Part shown: positions 37,343 to 49,550 of the stretch, in pieces | Layout of the letters: each line of letters opens with the position of its first letter | Numbering within the stretch: the stretch's first letter is position 1 | Assembly (NCBI GenBank): GCA_010405405.1 | Contig: MU004239.1 | Coordinates: 1 to 64,000, forward strand | Length of the DNA stretch: 64,000 nucleotides | Source: Microthyrium microscopicum | Lineage: Eukaryota | Direction: 5' to 3' | Notes under the pieces: model-generated | The model's database searches: none | What the model saw: the letters and a program-made list of their open reading frames with translations, nothing else | What the model was told of the DNA's origin: nothing | Made by a program: the position numbers and the translations under genes

Positions 37343-37739
37343 GCTCGAGCCATTACGGTACAATGTTTCTCCGATTCCGTGCAGGGTTTGACCAGTGCAT
37401 GTGGTTCATGCATAAATGCCTTAGTGCCTCCAAATCCAAAGGCAGGAACGCGATGGTTGCCTGTTTTTAGCGGCCCGCCGAAATCTATGGACTTGATGGA
37501 AATCTGACATCCGATATCTTCAGTTGATACGTTTATTCATTCCGCACTAATCTCTCTCTTGTCCTCTATCTGCCTATTCTTGTTGAGCTGTCTTGCCGCC
37601 CTTCAATCCTTACACGCAAACCTTACGTTCCTTTGGTTGTCTGAGTTCCTGCTGTCAGTCTGTTTGCCAAATTGGCGAATTCCCAAGCTCTCACGATCCT
37701 GTTGGCCATGACCGGTCAATATCTCAGTGTACGCTCACG

Positions 37740-39919
37740 ATGAAGCCACAACTAACTGGCATGAAGCGAGGCTTGGTGAGCTCTATCAAACCGAGTTTTG
37801 TGGTGTATTTCGCTGACTGATATACGAGCCTGCGTCAATTGAGGAAAATGACAGCACAGTTGGCAAAAGAAGCCGTATGCGGCGAGACGGATCCGCAGAT
37901 GCAAATGGTCAATCTGGTGATCATATCTCTACACCCTTGAAGAAAACCGCCCTTCCCTCTCCCATGACAAATCTCAATTCCGATACCAATTCTAATACCA
38001 ATTCCGCATTGAAAGACGGGACTATTTCGCCTCCTAGTCCATCCGGCCGTCAATTAGCCACCCCCTCTGTCGAACACCAAATTTCTCAACATGCCGTTCC
38101 ATCGCAGTCTGGACTCGATTCGCAGACCCAGCCTTTCTCTCAAGTCATCTTCCCGCGGCTGGAATACAATTACGAAGTTGAGGATGAAGAAAAAGAAGGA
38201 GTGTGGGGCTACCTCGTTCCCATTGACACAAACGCCAATAAGTATGGCCATCTAGTGTTGAAAGATCGAAGCTCATGTACCCCGTCTCGTACCGAACGGG
38301 CTGAGGAAGAATCATCTGTGGCTTCCGATAGATACACGAAACAAGAGCAGGAAATTGAGGAGCATCAGAACCCATCAAGAGGCTATATCATAGGTCGTCA
38401 TCCGGAGTGTGGTATGTTCATCCGACCCTTCTCTTTTAAACAGCTACTAACCATAGCAAGATATGCGAATCAACGCACTAACAGTCTCGAATCGTCATTG
38501 CTTATTCTTTGCGGAACACAGAGCAGGAAACACCTACGCTATGGTTGAAGATACTTCGGCCAATGGAACCTACGTTAATGACGTGGTCGTCGGCCGAAAC
38601 AATCGCCGCGAGCTACGAGATGGGGACGAAGTTAGCATTGTTGATGAAGCTCGCTTCTCCTTTCGATATCCAAGACATCGAGCATCTAGTGCCTTCAAAC
38701 AACAATATGTTATTCTCGATCAGCTTGGCAAAGGTCACTTCGCAACGGTATACCTTTGTATCGATAAGGTCACTGGCCAAAGATGGGCCGTCAAGAAGTT
38801 TGACAGAATCCATGAAAAGGGACGCATGGATGGACTACAGCAAGAGATTGCTGTCTTGATGGCCATCAGTCACCCTTCCCTCCTCTGCTTAAAGGGGGCA
38901 TTCGAAGAGGACGATGGCGTATATCTTATACTGGAACTTGCTGCTGAAGGAGAGCTGTTCAACTGGATTGTGATGAAGCAGAAGCTTACGGAAGAAGAGA
39001 CACGCAAACTCTTCGTACAGTTATTTCAGGCCATCAAGTATCTGGTAAGACTTGCCCCGGCGCCGCTCTGGTATAATCAATTGCTAATCATGCCTAGCAC
39101 GAGCGAAACATTGTTCATCGAGACATCAAACCAGAGAACATTCTTCTAGCCGACAAAAATCTCAAGGTGAAGTTAGCAGATTTTGGCTTGGCCAAAATCA
39201 TCGGCGAAGAATCATTTACAACAACCTTGTGTGGGACTCCATCTTATGTTGCTCCAGAAATCATTCAGCCAAGTGGTAAGAGAAGATACACAAAAGCTGT
39301 CGATATCTGGTCCCTAGGAGTCGTACTGTACATTTGTCTCTGCGGGTTTCCACCATTCTCTGATGAGCTATGTACACGGGATAATCCATACTCCCTGGCC
39401 CAGCAAATCCAGGCCGGACGTTACGACTTTCCCTCACCATACTGGGACTCTGTCGGCGATCCTGCGCTTGATCTGATCGATAAAATGCTGAACATCGACC
39501 CCGAGAAGCGCTATACAGTTGAAGAATGCTTGGAACACCCTTGGCTCACCGGTAGCGACATGGGCCCGGCTACCGAGAGCGTTCTTTCAACAGATGGTTT
39601 CCTGGCTAGTCGCCTAGGTGACCTGGACTTTTCCAAGAAACGACCTCAGCGGGAACGAACCTTGTTGAGTGAGTACAATGATGTTCAAGTGAGCAAGACT
39701 ATCGATGCGTATCCTGGCGAGAAGAAAGACCTGCCACCGGTCTTGGTGTTCACAAAGAACACTCAAGCCTCGCAGAACGGCAATGCTGTTGCGGGCGCAT
39801 CAGGCCAGCGGTTCCTTGCAATGGGTGAGAATGGTGATGGGAAGCTCTTCACTGGCACTGAAGAGAGCAGTATCTATCCAGAAGGTGAAGAGTTCAGGAA
39901 GGCAGAAGCAAAAGAGTAG
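37740..39919 (+). CDS. CHK2/Cds1-type checkpoint kinase (FHA plus Ser/Thr kinase), 4 exons
   Basis: IGRHPEC|D...SNRHC...DTSANGTYVN (FHA); LGKGHFATV, HRDIKPEN, DFG, CGTPSYVAPE, LCGFPPFSD. Confidence 0.92.
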
Positions 39920-40478
39920 CCTTTCCTAATATTCGTGGCTCAGCGGTTAAGCTGTAGAGGACCTTCATTTTAGTAGGTCAAGAGCTGGGAACTTGTACCT
40001 GTTCCTAGCAAACCCAATTATTTTTTAAAAGATGGCAACGAATACTCATGAGGTAGATTTGAGACTTCAATTCAAATATTGCCAACCAACCAGTCTTGAA
40101 ACGCCAGAGCAATCCAACCGTCAACAATAATGGCTGGCTAGTGCTATTCGATTTCAAAGGCAGATCCAGGCCCTAGGAATCTTTGCTTTATTCTACTATA
40201 GGTCCATGCGCTCTGGCTGACCCTGGATTCTGGCTGGTAGCAATATCAAACCTATTGTATATGAGCCGGAATATCTCTCGCTAACCCGGAAATTTAAGCC
40301 ATGCTTGCATACATGGCATATGATATGTTTAAACAACACCCACTGCCGTTGCTGTCGCACAATACGCGGCCGGACATTTTAAAGAACTGAACATGCACTT
40401 ATATATAACTAGAGGGTCTTTATAGTAAGATATCCTGAATCCACCACCATCTTGTCTCCTAACCACCATACGCCCAAC

Positions 40479-41421
40479 ATGTATCTCATCCAAGCCCTCC
40501 TCATCACCGCGCAGGTAGCGCTCGCAGCCATAACGCCCGGCAGCCTATCGCAAGTGACCGAGAACTTTGGTAGCAATCCTCGTAAAGTCGGCTTCTACAT
40601 CTATGTGCCCACCAAGTTGTCGGAGAACCCACCAATCGTGGTAGCGAGCCATCACTGCCAGGGAACAGCACCGGGATATTTCAAGTCCAGCAACTACAAG
40701 CCACTAGCGGACAAACATGGCTTCATTATTATTTACCCCAATAGTCCGTATAGTGGAACATGTTTCGATATGAGCAGCAAAGCGACGCTGACGCACGACG
40801 GTGGTGGAGATACGACTGGTATTGCGAACATGGTTAGGTGGACACTTGAGAAGTACAAGGCGAATCCAAAGAAGGTGTTTGCATTTGGAACGAGCAGTGG
40901 AGCTATGATGACCGTAAGGATAACGAATTGGAGGAAGATGGGAATTTGATGCTAATATGGCTTAGAACGTACTTGCTGCCACGTACCCTGATCTCTTCGC
41001 CGCAGCAATTGTATACGCCGGCGTACCAGCTGGCTGCTTCATGTCCTCCGCCAACGCAATCAACGCGTGGAACAGCACTTGTGCCAATGGACAATCGAGC
41101 GCCAGTTCCGAAAAGTGGGCGAGCGTTGTTAAGAACATGTACCCTGGATACACAGGCCCGCGACCACGGATGCAGATATATCACGGAGGCGCAGATACGA
41201 CCTTGAAGCCAAATAACTACAAGGAGACGATTAAGCAGTGGGCTGGAGTGTTTGGTTTTGATGCGGAGAAGCCGGCTAGCAAGGCTGCTGGACCATCGGG
41301 ATTTACTTCTTCGAGATGGGGAAGTCCCGTTGTTCAATTGGAAGGGAACTTCAATCCGTCGGTTGGACACAATTTGCAGGTATTTGGGAGTCGGGATATG
41401 GAGTGGTTTGGAATAGCTTGA
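40479..41421 (+). CDS. Secreted CE1 acetylxylan esterase (PHB-depolymerase-like family), 2 exons
   Basis: Signal peptide; FGSNP, HHCQGT, LTHDGGGD, GTSSGAMMT (nucleophile elbow), YHGGADTTL, GH. Confidence 0.9.
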
Positions 41422-41851
41422 TAGTACCAAAATGGAGTCGAGTATTTCACGTACATATTCAATGAGAAAAAAAGCATTCGATAGCAGGGTGCGTCGTGTA
41501 GGAGCCGGGGAGGTCGATGGGCGCAGGCCAGTTGTTCTGTCGCCCGATTGACGCACCAAATGGGCCTTGGACTATAGAAGCCGCAGTACATTGTTTCTGA
41601 AGATGATGCGGCGTCAAGAGAAGGTCATGATTGAGGTGGCAGCACCCTTACAGCAAACGAAGAGTCCAATGTGTAAATGTCGGGTGGCTTCCACGTACCA
41701 TTTCGTTGAGTCTAGTGTCTAGGTTGCAAAGGAATCGGGAACTCGTTGGTAAGGATCGGATTGGTATTCCTATATAAAATACAATGGCTCACAGGGTAGC
41801 TCGTGCAATCATGTCAGTAGAAAATAAAGTGGCGAGGTCCTGCAACATGAA

Positions 41852-43090
41852 TCATCTGACATGAACATCCAGTAAAATTGGGTCCTTCGGGTCTTCGTCC
41901 ACGAGCTCAGAGTCTTTCATCGCCATCTCAGGATCGAGCATCTCTCCGTCAAACGAGATGTTGATTGTCAGATTGTCCGGGATTTCGCACTTTTTGCGCA
42001 CAACATCAATGACTTTCTGGAATGTATGATCCTCCTTGATCCTAATTCTCTGTTCATCATAGTTTTTGCTCTGTAGGATGAGTTTGAAGTCTCGAACCTT
42101 TGGTTCATCCACCAATTGGCCGTAACCTTCCTCTCGCTGCTTTTTGGCAAGCTCGGCTGCTGCCTTTTCTGCTTCGACAATGGCTTTGGTGGTCGCGACA
42201 ACTGCCACCTTGTCGATTGGTTGGTCGCCCAAATCCTCACTTTTCATGTAAGGGAAGCCGTGGTGATCGAGAAATATGCCCATACTTTTGCACGACTGAA
42301 CGTCAAATATTCGGCGGCCTCTCCAAGTCAAGAACATGGCCGAGGTTTCAGTAGGTGTGAGGTTGTTGACTCTGGCCCAAGCATGTCGAACTTCCTTGAG
42401 AGTTTGTTTGTATTTGCGCTGAACAAGTAGTGGCTTAGTATTGGGTATGTTTGGCTCAATAAAGATGTCCATGACAGGATTTGGACCTGTGTCAGCAGGT
42501 GGTGGGGTGAGAGTTTTCGCTTCCGGTTCATCATCGTCGGTATCCTTATGAGCTGTGTTGGTATTGTCTTCGTCGTCTGATAATTCTATTACCGCGGATC
42601 TCGAGGGTAGTGATTTGTTCAGACTGTGAGAAGGTAAGTGGAATTCGCCACCACTAATAACCTGATTTGGCTGTCTACGTCTTGAGGGCGAGAGAGATTT
42701 GGGAGGAGATAGGACGCCGATCAGAAGACTGTCCTCAGGAGACGCATCTCTGGAGTCGGCACTGATACGTCGACGCTTGGATGTATGAGTATCTTCACTT
42801 CGCGATGAGATTTCGGCTTCGGCAGCGGCACGAGCGATAACACTGTCACGCATTCTCTTCTCAAGTTCTTCCCGTTTTTTTTCGTTTTCTTCCCGTTTGC
42901 GCGCCTTCTTCTCCAGCTTCTCCTTCTTTCGCAGTTCTTTAGCCTTTTCATCGGCAGCGATTATGGCTTTTGTTTCGGTAGAGCGACTGAAAATGTCGAC
43001 GGCATTTTGAGGGGATTGCTCAGTGATAGGGGAGTTTTGTTGGGCAATTATCTTCTGGTCAAGCCAAGCAGGCCTCTGGTATCTGACCAT
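41852..43090 (-). CDS. Esc2/Rad60-like protein with SUMO-like domains
   Basis: SIM-like VIELSDDED, FLTWRGRRIFDVQSCKSMGI, C-terminal ISFDGEMLDPE...LLDVHVR; first plausible ATG at 43090. Confidence 0.78.
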   Translation of the reverse strand: MVRYQRPAWLDQKIIAQQNSPITEQSPQNAVDIFSRSTETKAIIAADEKAKELRKKEKLEKKARKREENEKKREELEKRMRDSVIARAAAEAEISSRSEDTHTSKRRRISADSRDASPEDSLLIGVLSPPKSLSPSRRRQPNQVISGGEFHLPSHSLNKSLPSRSAVIELSDDEDNTNTAHKDTDDDEPEAKTLTPPPADTGPNPVMDIFIEPNIPNTKPLLVQRKYKQTLKEVRHAWARVNNLTPTETSAMFLTWRGRRIFDVQSCKSMGIFLDHHGFPYMKSEDLGDQPIDKVAVVATTKAIVEAEKAAAELAKKQREEGYGQLVDEPKVRDFKLILQSKNYDEQRIRIKEDHTFQKVIDVVRKKCEIPDNLTINISFDGEMLDPEMAMKDSELVDEDPKDPILLDVHVR

Positions 43091-43572
43091 GGCGCAATGG
43101 GGGTCAATGTTGGAACAAGGTAGGTAGGCAGGCAGGCGGAAACGATGAATGGAAGCGCAATTTGAGTGTGGAGAAGTGGAACAGGTTGATGACTGAAACC
43201 TGGTGTTGATATATCGCAATGAAGGAAGAGTCGAATGTATATTCAAGATTGAAAGTTGAGACAGTGAGAGACAGAGACAAAGAAGCGCCAGAAGTTGAGA
43301 GACTGTGGAGATTATTTGACGCGGGGCAAAAAACACATACAGGCGCGCAATCATGTGACTCGATTCCAATTCAATAGAGAAGGTCACCGTCCAACCAGCT
43401 CACAGTCAAGACAGCCCATCAATTATTCAATATCTAATTCTCCATCTCAACTCGATCCAATAACAAGTCCAATATCCAGTGTCCGGCTGATTCCTGTAGT
43501 TGTGGAGTCGCACCAGCATCCCTTCGTCCACCCCCAAAATTCTCGCTTCACTTGTTCGTAAGGGCCAACGAC

Positions 43573-43915
43573 ATGGAAAACAATCCAGCAGACGGAAGAG
43601 ATCCATCAGGTTTCTTGACTGAAATCATTGGCGCCGCTGTCACTATCAAACTGAATTCCGGAATAGTATACAAAGGTGAGCAAGGGTCTGCTAATCAGTA
43701 TGCTATGGAACTAATCCATCCAAGGGGAATTGCAATCTGTTGATGGTTACATGAACATTGCTCTTGAGCAAGCCAAAGAGTTTGTGGATGGAAAGCTACA
43801 TCGATCTTATGGCGATGCTTTCATAAGAGGCAACAATGGTAAGGACTTTGATTTTGAAATGCGACCCAAGACTAAGTTTCTAGTAATGTATATTGCCGCC
43901 ACAGGAGAGTCTTGA
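43573..43915 (+). CDS. LSM6: U6 snRNA-associated Sm-like protein LSm6, 3 exons
   Basis: DPSGFLTEIIGAAVTIKLNSGIVYKG|ELQSVDGYMNIALE...YGDAFIRGNN|VMYIA. Confidence 0.95.
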
Positions 43916-44833
43916 AATTGAGCCCTCAACATCAGTTTCGAGCAAAATCAAAAATTGCGGAGCATGAGGAGGATGGATGCATACTGCAGCGATTGCGCCC
44001 GCCTACAGCTATCGACAAGTTATCCGGCAAACGTTGTTGGATGTTATGCAGTATCAGCAAATTGTACCAGAGGTGCATGTGTAGAGTATCGCATAGCAAC
44101 ATCTGTATACTTTGGCGCATGCAGTCTACTCTACTCTAATCTGCATTGAAGCTCTGAAGGCGAAGAATAAGAGCAGTTCCCACAAGATGCACGCCAATAC
44201 CTTAAAAGAAGTAAATGTGCTTGTGTGCTCTTAACTCGTCTTTGTATATTCTTATTCATTTATAAAGTGAAGGACTCAGTACTACTTGTAGCGGTAGACG
44301 GGAAAGACAAAAGCCGATGGTAGTACCTGTTGGACTTTGTGGATGCTAAAGTCTCAGCCACTACTGGCCATACTCCTTCTTAAAAAACATACGGAGGTAG
44401 CCCTGCCAAAGAATAGCCATCTTGCCATCCTGTACCAATAATAAAATAAAATAAAGTAGTCGGAATTCTAGATTTCTCGGATGGCCAAATGCAGGGTTTA
44501 ATTCCCATATCAGATGTGGAGCTTCCAAGGTTGTGAACATTGAACGGTAGCTGAGCCTCATGCTGCAACTACTTGTAGTACTGCGCCGTGCCCTCCAACA
44601 TCTTCGTCGCCAAACGTGAGACGCTGTTGTACTCCCTTCCGCGCCTCATCTAGGCACAGTACTACTGCCATGTGCCTTATTACTTGCCCATCCTCCTTTG
44701 TGTTCTCTGTCCAGCTCTTGGTCTCCAGCCTCTACAGCTCTGCGCTTGATCCATAATCCCTAGCTAAGTTACAGTGACCCACCATGCTGTGGTCAGACTG
44801 GTCATCGTCCTGTCTCCATAAACCCGGTCCCGC

Positions 44834-47563
44834 ATGAGCCGGTCCCCCAATCCACCTGGAATCATGGCCAATATACAAGATGATGGCCCCGAAAGCCTCT
44901 CCTCCAGCGTCCATCTTCCTTCGCGATTCCCACAGCCATATGCTCGACACCACGCCGACCTCATTGCTCCCACGTCATCACTCCCTCCCTCGGCTCATAC
45001 TACAAACATGGCGGGAAACGCGATACAAAATGGTGGTGTAGAGAAGCAGGACACAAGAGCATTGGATCGCCGGAAAGCTCTTAGCCCAAGCGAGAGTGGT
45101 ACAGAGGCTGATGACGAGTCGTTTACTTTCGTTCGCGCCTTGCCAGCTCCGCCAACAAAACCTCGCAAAGGCCTGCGCGGAGCAAGAGATGATGACGAGG
45201 ATGATCTGACTCCTACTGTACTGGACAGAGAGGTCATTCGACTCAGCGATCTTGGTATACCGGAGCCAGGTGCTAGAGATCCCTCTCCTGACATCGAAGA
45301 TGAGAAGGTTCTTCGGACTAAAGGCGTTCGAAGACGACGAGCTGAGATTCTCAGAAGGACGACTGAAGGTGCGCTGATAGTAATTTCCGGAGCACTTGTT
45401 TTGTTTTATCAAAAGATTTGGTGGCAGTTGTCAAAGCCAGAAAAGAGTGAGTTGGAATCCGACCGATTCACTTATCCATTGATACTGACATCGAAAGTTG
45501 CCTGCATATTCCATGCTTTCGTTCTCGCTTGCATTTACGCATTATATCCTCTTCGACTCATAAAATACTCGTGGCTCCAATCCGGATTCAAATGGAACAC
45601 TTGGAGCTGCGTCCGGCTCTCTGCTGGCTTTGATCCTGCACCATACATATATCCAACCGTTTTACCCTGTATCGTTGCATTGGCATTGTTCCCCAATATG
45701 ACAACAGCACTTATTCCAAACCTTGTTTTGGGACTTTCCGCTGTACCACCACATGTCCTTTCGCGACTACCACCAAAGATATCATCCGGAATGGGCCACT
45801 GGGTTGTTTCAATGATACCTATGGTTATATTTCAACATTTCCAACTACCTTTAGGATACGAGGAGCTACATTGGCTCGCTCCGGAAGTCACGGCCGCATT
45901 ATACCCACTGCATATGACTTTAACCACTGTTCTTCATTCTTTCACAACTACAAGCCTGCTGCCGGCTGAAGTTCATCTTCTTTCTATTGTTTTAATCAAC
46001 CTCCTGCTCCTCTCAACTTCACCACAAGCACAAATCCTGTCGTCAATTCTATGGATAGGCGGTTTGGGAATACTCATTTTGTGTTCTTCTGTCATACGCT
46101 GGGGTGTAGCCCTTGCCAGGATTCCAAGATGGCGACTAAGACGTGCTGGCCGGATAGTTCAAGCACGACAATCTTTCATAAAAGCTCTCAACGAAGGACT
46201 CAACAAGAAAACACGCCGCCGTAGCCGAGATATAGTGCAGAGTGACGCTGATGATGACGACGAGCTACTAAAACATCCGAAACCGACTGGATTGGACACT
46301 CTCAAGCAAGAGGTACTTGGAGCCTTGAGTAATTTCTTCCCGATTGAGCATGACGAGAGCCTGTCGGCCGTGGAAAAGCCTAATAGCAACCCATTCGGAC
46401 AAAATGAATCTCCTCTGCGTCAATCTCGCCGACGGCGTAATACAGTACCGGCAAACCCCAACCATGGCAGTGGCAGTAGCACAAATAAAAACCGGAGACG
46501 AAGGGCACGAAGCCTCGACGCGTCCTTCTTCCTATCACTAACTCCAGCACAAGCATCACTACGTACGAAGATGTACGCTGGCTTCATCTACATTACCATC
46601 ATCACCTTGATCCTCTTTCCCATTCGTTTGGCCGTCTCTCGCGCTCTAGGCTCAGAGCCCTTTGGCTGGGCCATAGGTTACCTATTCGGGGACCTACGCG
46701 ATCTAAGACTCTGGGTCGTTACCCATAACTTCACCACCTGGATCCCACTCCCACCTCTTCCCACTAGCTCCTTATCACCTGCGAACATACGCCTCCTCCT
46801 CGCCGGTTACGCAGCCTCGACCGTCATCGCTGGCCTCTTGATAGTCCTGCATCTGCCCGCAGCAGTCGAAGTCGACACACGCCGCAAAGTTTTCCACGGC
46901 ACGACGGTCGCTATGCTCCTCCCTAGCATCCCCATTGACGCACCGTTCTTCTCTCTAGCTCTCGCCCTTGTACTCACAGGCTTCTGTCTCCTTGATCTTG
47001 TAAGGGCTGCGCAGCTCCCGCCGTTCTCTCGGCCCATTGCACTATTTCTTGCGCCGTATGTTGACGGCCGCGATAACCGTGGGCCCGTCGTGGTTAGTCA
47101 TATGTTCCTACTAGTTGGCTGCGCCGTCCCCCTCTGGCTTGGTCTCGCCGCTACCCAGCTAGCCGGCACAGGCATCTGGCACGGCTGGGTCCTACGCCCC
47201 GCCGATGTCAGCGTCGACATGCTCGCCGGTGTAGTCTGCGTAGGCATGGGCGACGCAGCAGCATCACTGGTCGGTCGAAGGTTTGGCCGGCACAAGTGGG
47301 CTTGGGCGGGCGGGAAGAGTCTAGAAGGCAGTGTTGCGTTTGCGGGTGCAGTTGTACTCGGTCTTGCTTTTGCCAGATGCTGGATATGGGTAGTGAGCGG
47401 ATGGACAGACTATACTGGCTTGCTGGAGGTATGGGCACTAGCGTGGAAGAGTGTGATTGCAGCTACAGGCGCAAGCTTGATGGAAGCGGTGTTGACGGGC
47501 GGGAATGATAATGTCGTTGTTCCAGTCTTTCTATGGGTGCTGGTAAGAGCACTGCGGATGTAA
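44834..47563 (+). CDS. SEC59: Dolichol kinase
   Basis: EVDTRRKVFH, DGRDNRGPVVVSHMFLLVGCAVPLW, GMGDAAASLVGRRFG, GKSLEGS, GNDNVVVP; probable 51-nt intron 45447-45497. Confidence 0.92.
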   Translation: MSRSPNPPGIMANIQDDGPESLSSSVHLPSRFPQPYARHHADLIAPTSSLPPSAHTTNMAGNAIQNGGVEKQDTRALDRRKALSPSESGTEADDESFTFVRALPAPPTKPRKGLRGARDDDEDDLTPTVLDREVIRLSDLGIPEPGARDPSPDIEDEKVLRTKGVRRRRAEILRRTTEGALIVISGALVLFYQKIWWQLSKPEKSELESDRFTYPLILTSKVACIFHAFVLACIYALYPLRLIKYSWLQSGFKWNTWSCVRLSAGFDPAPYIYPTVLPCIVALALFPNMTTALIPNLVLGLSAVPPHVLSRLPPKISSGMGHWVVSMIPMVIFQHFQLPLGYEELHWLAPEVTAALYPLHMTLTTVLHSFTTTSLLPAEVHLLSIVLINLLLLSTSPQAQILSSILWIGGLGILILCSSVIRWGVALARIPRWRLRRAGRIVQARQSFIKALNEGLNKKTRRRSRDIVQSDADDDDELLKHPKPTGLDTLKQEVLGALSNFFPIEHDESLSAVEKPNSNPFGQNESPLRQSRRRRNTVPANPNHGSGSSTNKNRRRRARSLDASFFLSLTPAQASLRTKMYAGFIYITIITLILFPIRLAVSRALGSEPFGWAIGYLFGDLRDLRLWVVTHNFTTWIPLPPLPTSSLSPANIRLLLAGYAASTVIAGLLIVLHLPAAVEVDTRRKVFHGTTVAMLLPSIPIDAPFFSLALALVLTGFCLLDLVRAAQLPPFSRPIALFLAPYVDGRDNRGPVVVSHMFLLVGCAVPLWLGLAATQLAGTGIWHGWVLRPADVSVDMLAGVVCVGMGDAAASLVGRRFGRHKWAWAGGKSLEGSVAFAGAVVLGLAFARCWIWVVSGWTDYTGLLEVWALAWKSVIAATGASLMEAVLTGGNDNVVVPVFLWVLVRALRM

Positions 47564-47854
47564 CATATTGAGATGACAAAGTGTATGAGGATTATATATT
47601 TGCATTGGGTGGCTATCTTGATCATGTTACGTTGCATACCCCTAGAGCATTAGTTTGGCGTTGTTACATGGCCAATTGACCAGGCAATGAGATGGAGTTG
47701 ACAGAAAACTTTATAATCATTCATAATGGTATCATTGGAATAAAAAATACAACTCGATCGACGTTATCATCATCTAAGTTCTTCCAGGGGAATCATAGTG
47801 GTCATAAGCAAGTTAACATCAACAATCTCATCGCCCGAGCAGTCATCCAACAGC

Positions 47855-48528
47855 CTAAACAGCTGGGTCCTTCTTCTGCTCAGCATCAACCTGCTTCTGC
47901 AAATCAGCTTCGACACCTCGCTGCAAACTCTTTCCTTGATCGTGTTGAGCCTGGCGCTTGGCCTGTTCCGCCGTATTGCCCGTGATGCCAGCGACTGTCG
48001 AGCCGATAGCTCCTGTCACACTATCATCCGATTAGTCTTCCCTTTCTGTCTCGACCGTCTTCTGGTGGAGCGACTTACCGATCACCAACACCAGAGCCCA
48101 AATCATTGAGCTGTCCCTTGGCCTCCTGCGCCTTTCCGCTCTCATACTGCTTATCACCCGCCTGTTTCAGTCCCTCATGCCCAATTGCGCCACCGAGCGC
48201 AGCTTTCGCAGAGCCGACAGTCTGATCCCAGCTGCCTTCCGTACGATCAGTGGAGTCTTGGGCGACCGCGCCGGACGAGGAGAGGGTGAAAGGGCCGGCT
48301 TTGGCGGTGGCGTGGGATGCGTCTTTTTCTAGGGCGGCGGATGCTTTGTGCTCATCGGCTTTGGCCTGCGAAGAATCGTTAGTTGGTGGGGCATGGGTGA
48401 TGGGTAGAGAAAATGGTTACTTGGTCGGCAGGGTTGCCGGTGATACTGGAGATGACACTTTGGGCGGCGCCGATGGCTTGATCGACGTAGGCGCCTACGG
48501 TGGAGGGAGCGGTGTTTTTGTCAGACAT
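47855..48528 (-). CDS. CsbD-like/hydrophilin stress-response protein, 3 exons
   Basis: MSDKNTAPSTVGAYVDQAIG..., DRTEGSWDQTVGSAK..G.AIG.EGLKQAG, GKAQEAKGQLNDLGSG, QHDQGKSLQRGVEADLQKQ; stop TAG at 47857-47855. Confidence 0.8.
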
Positions 48529-49550
48529 TGTGGTTGCTGGAGATTTGGTTTGCGGTTTGTGGTATGGTAGTGGTGGTTTGGAGAATGTATGGTGAGAAAT
48601 GGAGAAGATGGAGAGGCGAGTTCGACGAACTTTATACTTGGCGGTTGGTAAGGTAGCAAAAACCAAAATGTGTTGGCAAACCTTGTTTTGGGAGGTGTGG
48701 AGCGCGTTGGTGTTCACATGCGAGGAGCTTGATGGTAAACACTGAATGTGTGACGTCATGGTAGAAATGGTGTGGGAGGTTTGAAGCAGGTAGGAATGAC
48801 CAAGACACGAGTTCCTCATCAGGCGACCTGTGGCCGATTTGGTGGTGAGCTCCAACTGCCGGTGGTCTAGTCTTCTCACACTCTTGTTTTAAGTTTCCCT
48901 TCCAAGAAGCACGAAAGGCGCCAATAGCTGCTTTAACAGCATACCAAGATCCTTAGATGCTTCTACAGCCCGACTCCTCTCCGCTTTCCACGATGCTAAA
49001 GTTACACATAGAGTGTATGAACTCATTCGTGCCATGGCGATGGCAAGATCGTTACCGCTATTACCAAAGAAATTCTTCAGAAGTTTCAAGGCTGATAGAT
49101 TGTCTGTTACAGTACTTTGACCTAGTTGCCAATACTATAAATTATCTACCATCAATTCAAACTTACAGAAGGACTAGATCTTTACCAAGAATGTCGAAAT
49201 CGTCACGCATAATGAAGTAATCGTGATAGGCTTTTGGAAAAGTTGAATGAATGAGAGGTACATCTCGGGTACTATGTGGTGTACATGCAGTTGAAGGTTG
49301 AAGCTCCAAGTGCAGGCCCTCGGCAATGCTTCTTCATGCACAAACCGACATGGATTTTGATTCTGAGAAGAACGGAGGGTCTACTCCGTTGAGCTTGCTA
49401 TCGCATCCCACTGGTAATTGACTGCCTTGACAAAACTTGAGAACTGAGTGTATACACAATTTCTCTTCGCATCAGAATCACCCCTCATATGAACCACTAC
49501 AACATCACTGCAACATATCAGCACCAATAAAACATCAAGTCGACTCAAAC

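Noticed and set aside
44277..44583. MITE with CAGT...ACTG termini
   Set aside because: Only 13/15 inverted match, no TA target duplication, and AGTACT-type words are common in the intergenic DNA here.
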